54,941 nucleotides of DNA from Nemertoderma westbladi (Eukaryota; Animalia; Xenacoelomorpha). The position numbers were made by a program, and so were the translations under genes. The notes beneath the pieces are model-generated. The model did not search any database. It was not told where the DNA came from and saw nothing but the letters and a program-made list of their open reading frames with translations. Below, one piece after another: positions 11,326-23,586 of this stretch (positions within the stretch are counted from its first letter, which is position 1; every line of letters starts with the position of its first letter). The stretch is from contig JAUCBJ010000446.1 in assembly GCA_032718475.1 (NCBI GenBank), positions 1 through 54,941 on the forward strand. Direction: 5' to 3'.

Positions 11326-14300
11326 GTTCCTGGCTAACACTAACAAGTTAGTGCTGCCCTCCCCAATAAAATGAATTAAATGAAGTCAGGAAGGTATTGT
11401 TTTCTATTTACGATATAATAATATATTAATATTATAGTGTTTATTGTTTCATAACAGTATACCTATAGGATGGATTATAAGACCATTATTGTAGCTGCGT
11501 GATTATGTGTTCGTTCGCTGTTTATAACATATTGATCAAATATTCAACTAATACTTAACTGAATTTCTCAATCATGAGAATGTATTTAATAAGCAAGCAA
11601 GCAAACAGTTGGCTGAAACCGAGGGCGACCCAAAGTCTCCTATTTCTATAGATACTACCCAAAAGTAAGGGTGGGAGCTCCCAAGGTTTGCTCCTAATAA
11701 TTCAACCATCCATCATTTATCAACCATTTGGGTTGAGCATTTTATCAAAACCTTTAGAAATTTTATTGAAATTGGTAAGTTCCTACTTTTCCTAAAATTT
11801 AATGCGTTATCCGACAGCGCAAAACGCCAATTTCATAGCTATGTTAGTTTTCGTATTGTGGTCCCAATCTGGCACCTATCTATCTGGGATTTTCTCCATA
11901 TATTTTTGTATATGCCTTTAAATATAATTTTAGCTGCGTTTTTGTAAAAATTTGTGTCTTGCTTTACTAACCGTGTTTAAATATGTTTGTTTATATTTTA
12001 AGCTGTAATTGCGTTATAGGCTGGACCGTATAACCTTTGCTAACTAACTATCAACATTGTTGTGATACTGCGGAGATACATACAGTGGGCTTTTAAAAAT
12101 TGCAATTTAAAAATAGCCTATTTTTCAATTATTACTCATTTACCCTATTTTGTTTACATTTTTCCCTATTTCCTGTAATTGTTTCACCCGCAAACTGTAG
12201 CTTTACTAAACTAGCTGCTAAACTGGAGGCTGGAGGCGTAAAATTAAATTGTGTCTAAATTAGGCTGTAGAAAATATAAGCTAAATTTATATTTCGTAAT
12301 GCGTTAGGCCTACATAGTGTAGCAATATGTTGTATAATTATTATGTTGTATAACCTGACTTGTATTACATTATGTAGATGGTTTACCAGTAACTCATTGT
12401 AATTTAATTATTGATCTTACTTTTTTGCTTCTGTGCCATTCTTCCTTATAAAAATCATTATTCATCTTAACTATACTACGTTGTGTAACTATATTATATA
12501 TGCGGTCTCCCTTATGTTCTAATAGCAATAATACAGTAGCATTTGGTTCTCAGCATTAAGTTCAATGTACTACCGTTCTATGTACAGTGAAGAATTACTC
12601 AACTATTATTACTCTATTACAAAATCTACTACTGTTTGTACTAAATTAGATAAAATATTTAAATATATGACAGGTATCTAAGTCTAAGTATCTAAGGTAT
12701 ATCTAAGTCTTAGACTTAGTTGTGCCCCGTTTCGTATGTTTCTACGAAGTAAACCCTGAAACCACTCCTGGCTATATTGTGAGGGGGTCTAGGTTAACAC
12801 GACTTGTTGGAGGCCTAGAACTTAAGCTAAGTTAGTTTGTTCTTCGACCCTAAGTAAGCATGAAACAAAGAGTCCTAATAGTTTCTGGTTCTTGGGAAGA
12901 TCTCACTTAGTTGCTTCTTTAAATTCCACATATATTGCAATAGTAAAGTTTGTAAGTAACTCACAGTTACGTAACTAGCAAATTTTCCCCTGAGTCTGGC
13001 CTCGTACAGGACTATGGTACTTCACAGGGTTAATCTAAAACTCAATTTTTTTTCTTGAAAAGAAACACTATGGGGATATTCAATATTACAAACCAACAAG
13101 GGGAGCATCCACTTGGTTAAGTACCTGTCCAGTGTCCAACCATTCTCCATTCAGCCCATCTTTCAAAGGAAGTGTTCAGAGATGCTCTTCGCCTTCCCTA
13201 TAGTTGGCTACTAAAGTTCACCCCTGCTCGTTGTGCCTGTGGGACACGATTCTCTGTCAAACATATTTTGTCGTGTCCTACAGGTGGATAGCCTTCATTC
13301 AATCTGCCACAACAAGATCCGTGACTTCATCGCTAACTCACTTACAGAAGTGGCCAACAGCCACATATCCGGTTCTCGTCACAGAACTTTTTTAATATTT
13401 ATACATATCATAAGGCAGTTTTCCTACATGTGGCTAAAATCACAGTCATCATCATACATCTCATACATCATACTCATACATCAATACACACTAGACTAAA
13501 CAAATAAACACTTCAACGCGCTCAAGAGCGTAATATGAACCAAATTGATAAACAGGGAAAACGATAGCTTTTCTGAATCAGTCAGGATGGAACTCAATAG
13601 TTTCAACATCTCTAGAAAGTTATTTAATCCAGCACAGAGGCGCCAATTTAATCGCATCTTAAACCATATTGGAGTGTCGATTTGGACAATAAAAGTGCTC
13701 AGCCTCGTTAATGATGTGGTAGGATCTGTTGCAGCCATATAATACCGCAATATCCTTGAAGCAGTTAATCCATCTGGAATAATTTAATGGCCCTAGTCTT
13801 AGCTAAATCACTATCGCTTGAGCCCTTGATAACCGCAAGACAGATCTTAATGATTATGAATCTCGGTGTTCACACTGGGGTAATGTCACAACAACCTACT
13901 GTGAAAAAATATTATTTATTATTAACTAAGTTATATATATTTAGTGAATTATTTCTTTTTCAGTTTATTATTAATTTAGTTAATTGTTATTTATTTAGTT
14001 AATAATACTATTTTTTTATCGGAGGCGTCTGCAGTTCGCGCTCCTCCACTCTAACTGCCTTTGTCTGCGTGGTGGCTGGCGACCATGGAGGACCCAGGGC
14101 TTTGGGGATGGAGCGAGTCTGCGGGGCAATGAACTCGCAGACCGATATTAAAATCTGGTGCACCATTATTAATTCTATTGTTTATATTTTTAATTGTATT
14201 GTTTTGATTGGTGATGGGAAGTTGGTGCAGTATTATATTTTGTTCATATCCTATTAGCTTTATATGTTGATTTAAATAATAGGGTTGGTGCGCGAAAAAA

Positions 14301-14346
14301 ATGTTGGGCGAGAAACTATGGGGCGCCGTTCTGGTCAAATGCACAG

Positions 14347-14437
14347 GTCATTCTCGCAGCGAGATTTCAATCTCGCGGCGAGATTTCTTTCTCACGACGA
14401 GATTTCTTTCTCGCGACGAGATGTCATTCTTGCGGCG
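14347..14437 (-). repeat. Degenerate 19-bp array, inverted relative to 15958-16192
   Basis: About 5 units of TCATTCTCGCAGCGAGAT-like sequence. Confidence 0.8.
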
Positions 14438-14706
14438 ATGCTGTGAAATGCTGGCCACCTGAATGGTTTTATAGTTATACAGTAGTGTGTCGAGTTGAGA
14501 AGATACTTTTCCATGTTTTTTTCTGACCAAAAATTAAAAAAAAATTTCGTAGCCAGTACTACCAAGCAATTCCATATCAAAAATAATGCAAAAAATTGTT
14601 AACGCAAAAAAACTTGGTGGTGGGGGGTGGTAATTTTATTTTAGATCCGCTATAACTCCGGAACACTTGGTCCAAATTCGATGGGGTTTTTATTATTCAA
14701 CTTAAT

Positions 14707-15872
14707 TAGCAAGTCGTTAGACTTGATTACTGTAAGAAATTACTGTAAGAAAAAAAGCTACTGGCTACTGACTACTGACTACTGACCTAGAGCAAAAACG
14801 GCTCTAACGAATTTGATGAAGTTTTGCATGGACCATGAAAACTACGCACTAGATTTCTAAGGGTACTTGTGAAATCGCGGTTTAAATTGAAACATCTATC
14901 TCAACTTGTTTTATTTCGAAAAATAGCCCCAAAACACGAAAATTGTCATAGGCGCAATGATAAAACACCGGCTGGCACTCATGAAAAATGTTATATAGAT
15001 GGCCAATAGGCGATAGAGATTCAATAGGAAGGGCAACTAACAAAGAAGTACTCTACTTATTATCACTCTACTCTACAACCCAGACAGTAAGCAAACATTA
15101 ACTGGTTTAGCTGCCTACTGTATTACAATCTCAACTGAATAACTCTTCCCAATGCATCCTTGCTATGTTAATTAATTGGCGTGCAAGCTAAATGACTGTT
15201 AGTTAAACAGTGTGTTGGCTACACAGTGTATTTCTGTATTACTGTACTGTGCTCTCATCGCATTATTGTTTTATTTTGAAATTTTTGTGCCAACATTAAT
15301 ACTGTGGAGGCTGTATGCTTATAAGGCTGAATATTTACTCAGCCTCAAAATGATTCTCCATAAGGCTAACATTATAGTTTGATATATAAAATTCTGTTAT
15401 AATAATAATATAATTGTTATATTTAATTAATATCGTGGTTTACATTGAACAGTGTAAATTGTTAATCGCGGTTTACATTGAAACATCTCAACTTGTTTTA
15501 TTTATTACAAAAATAAGAACAAATTTGTCTTATCACTTCTTGTGCGCGGATTGTATTGAATTCATGACAACTGCTGTTATTATTATTAATCAATTGACAC
15601 CTCGACTCCTCTCTGAGACTCAGACTACTCTATCCGATAGAATAAAATAATCATTTCGCTAACTGCTCTCTATCTTCTATAATCACAACAGCTTTTATAA
15701 TTCATTAGATGATTCCAACATAATAATTATAGTTTGAAGTTGTCTAGAAAATTTTTCGTACATCACCGGGACTACCCTCACACTAATTGATTATAAGACA
15801 GAACAAAAAGCTTTTACTTGACTCGTACTGTCTCCTACGACTTGCTTCACGGGCCACTAGGCCCGTCTCTAG
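14707..15872 (+). mobile_element. Full-length non-autonomous Helentron/DINE-1-like (HINE) element
   Basis: Subterminal IR AGCAAGTCGT / ACGACTTGCT, 5' microsatellite, 3' hairpin ACGGGCC-ACTA-GGCCCGT then CTAG; no TSD seen; homologous inverted copy at 23587-24716. Confidence 0.82.
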
Positions 15873-15957
15873 TCCTCTTTCAGCATATCCATGTTTCGAA
15901 ACCCCAAACATCGCCGTTCAAAAATTATTTTTTCTAGTACTAGAATTTTACCAATAG

Positions 15958-16192
15958 CATCTCGCTGCGAGAATGGCATCTCGCTGCGAGAATGACATCT
16001 GCTGCGAAAATGACATATCGCTGCGAAAATGACATTTGCTGCGAAAATGACATATCACTGCGAGAATGACATCTCGCTGCGAGAATGACATCTCGCTGCG
16101 AGAATGACATCTCACTGCGAGAATGACATCTCGCTGCGAGAATTACATCTCGCTGCGAGAATGACATCTCGCTGCGAGAATGACATCTCGCT
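15958..16192 (+). repeat. 19-bp minisatellite, ~12.5 units
   Basis: Unit CATCTCGCTGCGAGAATGA with internal palindrome TCTCGC-T-GCGAGA. Confidence 0.95.
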
Positions 16193-16243
16193 TAAATTTT
16201 ATTATCAAATTTACACCATAGATTTTGGTCTTTTATGCAGAAA

Positions 16244-17992
16244 TCAGTTTAATTTGAACCTGACTCGTTTTTGCTGCGACGAGGCCAATACTTCATTCGC
16301 CATTATTGTTGGTTTGACGCGATCGAGTGAGACAATTTCTTTCTCACCACGGATTCGGATTGTAACAGTTTTTTCATCCATAGCAACAACTTCATATGGA
16401 CCAGTGTAACAGGGTGTGAGGGAACCGCGCTTTCTAGAATCCTTTACCCAGACATGTGTTGCAGTGTGTAAATCTTTAGGAACATAAGACTTAGACTTAT
16501 GAAGTCTTGTTGGGGGTTGAAAGGAGTCTAATCTTTTGTATAATTTCGATACATAGTCAGGTAACAATTCAACGTTTTCGGATTCTAGAAATTGTCCTGG
16601 GAGACGTAACTCTGTGCCGTATAACAGTTGAGCGGGGGAGTAACCATGAGTTCCCATGGCAGATCGTAGACCAAGTAGAACTAATGGCAGCTCGTGATAC
16701 CAATTGTAATTTACGCATTTTGCACGGAGCGAAGCTTTTAATTGCCTGTGCCATCTCTCTATCATACCATTACATGAAGGGTGATAAGACGTTGTTCTAG
16801 AACGTTCTATTCCTAGTTTTTTAATGAGAATGCCAAACAGTCTAGATTCAAATTGAGAACCTCTGTCGGTTATAATTTTATTAGGTACCCCAAAAAGGCT
16901 AATCCAAGAGTACATAAAACCATTCGCAATTGCATCAGTGGAAATATTCTGCAATGGGACAACTTCTGGCCATCTTGTGAATCTATCTATAATAGTCAAT
17001 AGAGATTTGTGCCCACATGAAGGAGGAAGGGGTCCCACTATATCCAAATGTACAGAATCCAATCTGGAACATGTTGGGATTGAACCAATAGGTGTCTTAA
17101 CATGGACAGTTATTTTACATTTCTGGCAGGCTAGACATTGCTTCGCCCATTGTTTGACTTCTTTATTCATGCCAGGCCATGTATTACGAGCTGCTATTAA
17201 TTTAAGTGTTTCTTTGGGTCCAGCATGGGCCAATGAATGAAAATTATTGAATACTTTTATTCGCAAGTTAGAGGGAAGATATGGTCTGAGGACCGATATA
17301 GAGTCATCAAAATACACGAACTTTTCTTCATTCACATAAACTTTTTTTAATGGCAATGAGGTTGTTCTGAAAAATTGCTGCAAATGTTGATCCTCCAATT
17401 GTTCATTGGCTAATTCAACCATATTATCAAATGTAATCAATGCTAATGGTCTGGATAAGGCGTCGGCCTCAATATTATCCTTTCCAGCTAAATATTTAAT
17501 TTCACAAAGAAATTCGGAGATATAAGAAAGCCAGCGAGATTGCTGGGGAGTCGGATTTTTCATTTCTAGACATCGAGTTAGAGGTTTATGATCAGTTAGT
17601 ATGGTTAGATTTTGCCCGAGCAGCCATTCGTGATGTTTTAACCCAGAGTAAATAGCCAATAGTTCTCTATCGAAGGTAGATTTTCTGCACTCATTCGGTG
17701 TTAATTTTTTTGAATAAAAAGCTAGTGGCTCTAATTTACCATCTACTTCCTGGTGAATAACTGCACCAAGAGCAACGTTGGATGCATCAGTTGTGATTGT
17801 TATTGGGGTATCTCTTTTTGGAAATGATAAGGTCACTGCGTTTGCAAGAGCCTGTTTCAGTTTTACAAAGGCGTAATTTCCTTCTGGTGTTAAAACTAAA
17901 TCTTGGTTCTTTTTTTTATCCCTGGTGAGATCGGTAAGGGGTGCAGAAATCTCAGAGAAATGTGGAATAAACCTGTGGTAAAAACCACACAT
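16244..17992 (-). CDS. Gypsy pol C-terminal part: RNase H + integrase
   Basis: TTDASN, ELLAI, TDHKPL, HSLAHAG..CLACQKC, DIVGP, TDRGSQF, ERWHRQLK, GPY. Confidence 0.92.
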   Translation of the reverse strand: MCGFYHRFIPHFSEISAPLTDLTRDKKKNQDLVLTPEGNYAFVKLKQALANAVTLSFPKRDTPITITTDASNVALGAVIHQEVDGKLEPLAFYSKKLTPNECRKSTFDRELLAIYSGLKHHEWLLGQNLTILTDHKPLTRCLEMKNPTPQQSRWLSYISEFLCEIKYLAGKDNIEADALSRPLALITFDNMVELANEQLEDQHLQQFFRTTSLPLKKVYVNEEKFVYFDDSISVLRPYLPSNLRIKVFNNFHSLAHAGPKETLKLIAARNTWPGMNKEVKQWAKQCLACQKCKITVHVKTPIGSIPTCSRLDSVHLDIVGPLPPSCGHKSLLTIIDRFTRWPEVVPLQNISTDAIANGFMYSWISLFGVPNKIITDRGSQFESRLFGILIKKLGIERSRTTSYHPSCNGMIERWHRQLKASLRAKCVNYNWYHELPLVLLGLRSAMGTHGYSPAQLLYGTELRLPGQFLESENVELLPDYVSKLYKRLDSFQPPTRLHKSKSYVPKDLHTATHVWVKDSRKRGSLTPCYTGPYEVVAMDEKTVTIRIRGEKEIVSLDRVKPTIMANEVLASSQQKRVRFKLN

Positions 17993-20204
17993 CCCAATGA
18001 ACCGTTTTAATGATTTTATTGATGTCGGTTCAGGAAATACTCTGATGGCTTCAATTTTTGATGGATTTGGGCGAACACCTGTCTTTTTGATACAATATAG
18101 CTGAGAAAATTAACTTCTTGTGTAAAAAATATGCATCTTTGACAGTTTGGCTTTAAGACCAAATTTTTCTAAACGTTCTAGAACCAGTTTAACATCATGG
18201 TAATGCTGCTCTTCACTCTTACTTCCAACCAAAATATCATCCATATAACCTACAGCACATTCTAGCCCATATAATGTAGTGTCCATTAATCTTTGAAAGG
18301 TTTGTGCTGCGTTTCTAAGTCCAAATGGCATTTTTAGGTAACAGAACATTCCAAAAGGTGTTGTTATAGTGGTCTTAGGGACATCTTCTTCAGCCATTGG
18401 AATTTGGTGAAATGCCTTGGTTAAGTCAATTTTTGTAAAAATTATACAATCACGAATTTGTTAGTTATGTCTGAGATATTGGGCATAGGATATGTGTCAG
18501 GCAAAGTTTGCTTATTCAATCTCCTGTAATCACCACAGGGCCTTATAGAGTTATCGTGTTTTACAACTGTGTGCAATGCTGATGACCAGGGTGATTCTCG
18601 GCGTTCTACTACATTCCGATTTAGTAGAAAATCAAATTCTTTAATAGCAGCATTTAGACGATATATGGCCAGGCCATATATACGTCTTGGTTTAGTGTTA
18701 CACGGTGGACCACTGGTTATTATGTGATGTTTGATGGGGTGTTTTATTATGTCATCAGCTGATATTTCTGTAAACACCGATTTGTGTTCACTAAGTAAAT
18801 GTCTCATTTTCGATGTTGAATTAAAATTATTTACAATACTTGAGCTGCTGATTAAATTGAGTTTATAAGTTGCAGTATTCCCTACTGCACACATGTCACT
18901 AGTTATACCAAGTATGCTTGAAAAACACATAACCACTCCAAAAGTCAATAAAATACTTGACAACATTGCTCTGTTGTTGGTGAGAAAATATGTTAAATTC
19001 ATAAACAATACAACAAAAATCAAGAAATATTTTTTTACGCAAAAAATATTAGTAAAAGTGGAATTATCCATTTCACACTCTGTAAATATTTCTTCATTAT
19101 CACAATGTATGTGATTCGTTTCACCGCTTACTGATGGTTTCATGATTATAGTACTGTTTTTACAATCAATATTTATATCAAAATATTTCAAAAAATCCAA
19201 ACCTAGTATAGGCTGGCTCACTTCTGCCACAATAAAATTCCAATTAAATTGCTTATTTCCTAAAGTAGGAATAGTAAATATTAATTCGCCACGTCCGTAT
19301 GTTCTAATATTGGATGAATTCGCAGCAGTCAATTTAGTATGTGACTGTTGTGAAAAATTAACCAAAAGGTTACTATATGACTGGGGTATAATTGAAAAAT
19401 CGCTGCCCGAATCAACTAAAAACTGTCCTACAGGGTCAGCTTTAACTTGAACTGAGCAAACATTATTAGTAGTATTATGATTGGATTTGGAATCACCCAT
19501 ATTTGGATTTGATGGTTTTGGAACTGAGCACGAATTGTTGTTACCAAGCCTGTAATTACATGGCGGCTGACAGTTAGAAGCTTCACGGCCAAAACGGAAG
19601 TGGTAGTAGCACCACGATCCTTGGGGGTTGTATTCCCGTCCACGCGATTGCGAGCGAGTGCGATATGGTGTCCGGCTTCTCGATGAGCTCGGATCCCGAT
19701 TCCTCGAACGAGAGTCCCGCGTGTTTGAGTTGGACATAGCTCGAAGTTGCGCACTTATTTCGGCAACCTGCTCTGTGAGCGCTCTTTGGGATTCCATTAG
19801 TAGGTTTTGTGATTGGTGAAGTAAGTTTATTTCCGAGGTTTGTTGGCGATAACTGTTATCGGCAACTTGGGAAATTGGAGATGAAGATGGAGTAGAGGAG
19901 TTGTGAGAATTAGAACTCTGTTGTTCAACCATTTTATCTGCAAGTTGGGCGAGTTTCTCCAAAGACAGTTCTGGAAGTGTACTCAGTACAGTACTTACTA
20001 TCGGAGGCATGATTTCTAGGAACCGCAATCGAATAATTTGATCGTTGCCATTTCCTGCTGCAAGGCGTTGCATCTGCCGAAGGACTGCAGATGGCTTCCG
20101 ATCACCAAGTTCTTGGTCTTCTAAAAGTTTGTGTAATCGCTTTTCATCGCTGTCTGCCAAGTGCGATACAATATTAGTTTTTATGGTATCAAAGGTATCA
20201 TTGA

Positions 20205-20221
20205 CTACTACTAGGATCGGC
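20205..20221 (-). mobile_element. 17-nt RTE 3'-tail insertion with 8-bp TSD inside gag
   Basis: GCCGATCCTAGTAGTAG equals the 3' end of the RTE copy at 52798-52814; ATCATTGA flanks it at 20197-20204 and 20222-20229. Confidence 0.9.
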
Positions 20222-20750
20222 ATCATTGATGTTAACCCCTGATTCGAGGATTGTATCCGTTGGAATTGCTGCGAGAAGATTCGCCTTTTTAGAGTGTTCT
20301 TTCTGCCCTTCTAAAATAGCTTCAACTTGCTGAAACCAGATTCTTGCATCCTTCGGAAAAAAATCAGGATGTCGCGTTTTCTGTACGTCCGTTTTGTCGT
20401 CTGTTTTTCTTTTGGTACCGGTATCGATAGAGTCTTCTTGAGTTAGCTGACTTAAAATAACTAGAACGGCGTATGGGTTCTCTTTCTGTAATTCTTTGAT
20501 AATGTCTTTCTTGGTTTTTGGCATTTTGTAGTCCGGAATATGTGAGGTAAGTTTGTCGAGAGTTTGTAACAATTCGGCTTTTCGATGTTGATCGAGTGAC
20601 ATATTAAAGTACGCTTCGAATATACTACAGCAGTATACTGCAGTACCGGTACCAGGTACGGTAACGGATCACTGGAAGTATATAATCGAATCTAGTAGTT
20701 GTAGCGGTAGTTCAGTAGTTGGAAGACGTCCAGTCGCCTGGTAGTCTGCT

Positions 20751-20764
20751 CGTCTGGGTCACCA
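20751..20764 (-). promoter_or_regulatory. Primer-binding site, tRNA-Trp type
   Basis: TGGTGACCCAGACG lies 3 nt after the LTR-end ACA (20768-20770); compare tRNA-Trp PBS TGGTGACCCCGACG. AATAAA and a TATA-like motif lie upstream on the minus strand. Confidence 0.8.
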
Positions 20765-21289
20765 ATTTGTGGGTATTTTCCCACAACTGCATTATAAAAC
20801 AAGAATAAGGGGCCACTGAAAGATGGAAACATTCAGAGTGTGCAGAATATATTTCAGTATTTATTAAGCATTGTTCAGGTTATATCTATATTGTTGCACT
20901 GTACAGAACACTGTGTAGGCAATAACAATACAATATCGACATTAATTGAATTTATATTTTTTATGCACTTAGATCCCTATACCCCCCCCCCCCCCCCCCC
21001 CCCTTAACTATATGTATGCCGCTGTGAGCTATATCACTAATCTCGCATCTATCAGCGAGTTTGACTGGCTACATAGGGTATACTGATTCTGGAAGACTTC
21101 TTCACTTTATCATCTGAAATCCATGAAGGTTGCTGGAAATTGTATTTATAAGGTGATTGTCAGAGTCAGATTCTTCTACAAGCAAGTAGTACTCCATTTT
21201 CTTGTAAATCTGATTCAGTTGCACTACTTGCAGTCGCCCTGGTACTTGCATTCATTGATGCCTTGATTCATTGATTTCTCACAATTACA

Positions 21290-21690
21290 TGTGAAACGAC
21301 TCTTTTACAAAATGCAATGTCCAAGATTTCAGATATAGTTGCTTTAAATACTTATCAATGCTACTTATCAATAAATGCTTGACGGTTTTTTCTTTGCTTC
21401 GTAATGCGGTCTACAGATTTATATGTATCCAACAATTTTCTTAATCGTTTTGCAAACGCAGTTGAAGACGTAACTGTAGGAATACTGCCTTGATCCCAAA
21501 TCCCTAACACATCTTCAGCACAGTCACGGCATTCAGAATCAGTGTTGGTTGCACCATTGTGTTTTTGTGGATGCAGGAACATTAGGTGTCGCATACAATC
21601 CAGCCCAGTTGGCAATTTATTTGATATAGATAAGTCCTTTCCCTTTGGATATCCAAAATATGGATACGAGTAGTTTCTGAACGTGATAAC
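21290..21690 (-). mobile_element. Degraded DNA-transposase N-terminal fragment
   Basis: LPTGLDCMRHL...IWDQGSIPT...KRLRKLLDTY...ILDIAFCK pattern; possibly the same family as 5161-5460. Confidence 0.5.
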
Positions 21691-22725
21691 ATTACAGCAA
21701 CCTCTTTCCTCAGAAATAATTCAAAAACATACAAGTAGTCTTACTACTTTGTTCTTACTATTAATGACTGACTCTAATGACAGTTACGCAGCTTTATGCT
21801 ATGTGTGTTTATGAAAACGAAAGTTGTTTACAATCCTCTTATTTCAGTAGGCCTACTGTAAGCAGTATGTACCGGTTATGTCACTGTTTGGTAAGTAGAG
21901 TGTGTGTGAAACTGACAGTATTTTAAAATCATTTTATATCAGTAGTTAATTTACATGGTTACGTATGCTGTAGGCCTACTGTTATTGGTATTTCTATACT
22001 ATAATTAGGTACAAACAAATGTATTGTGACTGGTAAATGCGATACAACAGTATAAAATTCTTTGCCACTTTTTCTTCTTACAATTTTTACAATATTTCAA
22101 ATTCCAAACCATTAGTGGAGGGGCAAGTCAACATGTTAATATCTAAATTTATCGCCCTTTTGACATGCTCTATTGCCCTTGTGGGGGTGGTGTGGTGCAG
22201 CATATAAAGTTATTATTGAAAGGTAGGTAGGTAGAATGTTTTTATTAATCTATGATGTAAGTTGTATAATTGGCCAACGTCTTAGAATATATGCATCCAA
22301 TCAAAAAGCTGATATTCTTCAAAATTAAAATCTTGGGTTTCCTATTGGTGTAGAGGTAATTTGCTAAGAAGAATGGAACCTATTAATAGCTTCTGTACAA
22401 TGGATTAATCTGCGAAATTGAAAATGAATTTTATTCGAAAAATTTTATGTAATGCAAAATTGTGTACGGTTATTGAGAATCCAATAGCGCATAGGAAATA
22501 TTTAGGAGGTAGGCTAATTAGCGCCCATGTAATGAATACCAGGATTTCACTTTTCGGTCGACTTTTTATTGGAATTTTATATATGAAGATTTAATTTTTT
22601 TTTTAATTTATCTTTAATAAGTGTTTTATAGCGCTTATTTCTGTCTTATAACCTGTACATATACTAATTCGTTTATTGTTTTGGTTAGATTCAGCCCTTC
22701 TGTAACCTGTGTTTTTGGTAAAAAC

Positions 22726-22905
22726 CTGGTATTCTTCACATGGGGGTAACTGCAAAGTGAAATATAACGGCAGAAAGTCTGGTATTCTTCACATGGGGGT
22801 AACTGCAAAGTGAAATATAACGGCAGAAAGTCTGGTATTCTTCACATGGGGGTAACTGCAAAGTGAAATATAACGGCAGAAAGTCTGGTATATTCTTCAC
22901 ATGGG
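22726..22905 (+). repeat. 53-bp tandem repeat, ~3.4 units
   Basis: CTGGTATTCTTCACATGGGGG units at 22726, 22779, 22832 and 22885. Confidence 0.95.
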
Positions 22906-23586
22906 CAAGTATGAATTACTTGTATTGTAAGCAGCTAATAACCAACCAAAATATAGACAATAACATTGTATTATAAACGTTACATATATCTATAAAATTA
23001 GAATGGGCTTTAATATTTAACTTATAGTTTCTTAGAAGTAAAGTTTTTCTTTAAATAAAATAATTCCATTTTCTAATAAATTTGTAACTAATTAGACCAA
23101 CTATTTAGACTACAAAATCACAGTTAAGTAACGACTCGCATTTTTCACAAATATATTGTTTATCAGTTATTAGGCCTACTAACGGTTTTCTAACATATTT
23201 ATACATATTTTATTAATGTTAGGTATATGGGTAATATTAATTACTAACATTTACATTTGAGCTAATTTTAATAAAATCTAAGGGATTTTTCAATATTGAA
23301 GACATTTATTGGTTAGTAAATATACTGAGTAATATTTTAAATAAATATAATATAAAATTCTTAAATATCTTGCTGAGAAACTCTGATGAAAATACAATTA
23401 TTGATTACGACATTCTGAAAGTCAGTATACTGAAGTACTGTATAATGGTGTTACAAAAGTGGCGTAGAGTCCCCCTATCTGACCAAACGAGATTTAGTTA
23501 GTTGCGTATGCGTATGGGCCTTGATATTTTGTATGTCAAACCAGAACAGAGAACAGCTCCGCCTACCCATTCTTACTATGTACATA

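Larger units (their letters stand above)
7584..14228 (+). repeat. Tandem segmental duplication, copy 2 (includes 1.55-kb MITE)
   Basis: Colinear with 731-5895; has 2 rather than 3 units of the 86-bp repeat, scattered substitutions and the MITE insertion. Confidence 0.97.
16244..20940 (-). mobile_element. Ty3/Gypsy LTR retrotransposon, decayed (gag-PR-RT-RH-IN); 3' LTR absent
   Basis: Gag CYYHFRFG...CQPPC, protease LVDSGS, RT YMDD, RNase H TTDAS, integrase HHCC, DDE and GPY; frameshifts near 20210, 18440 and 18110-18130. Outer LTR boundary is approximate. Confidence 0.95.

Noticed and set aside
15940-16167. Repetitive 75-aa ORF
   Set aside because: Translation of the 19-bp minisatellite.
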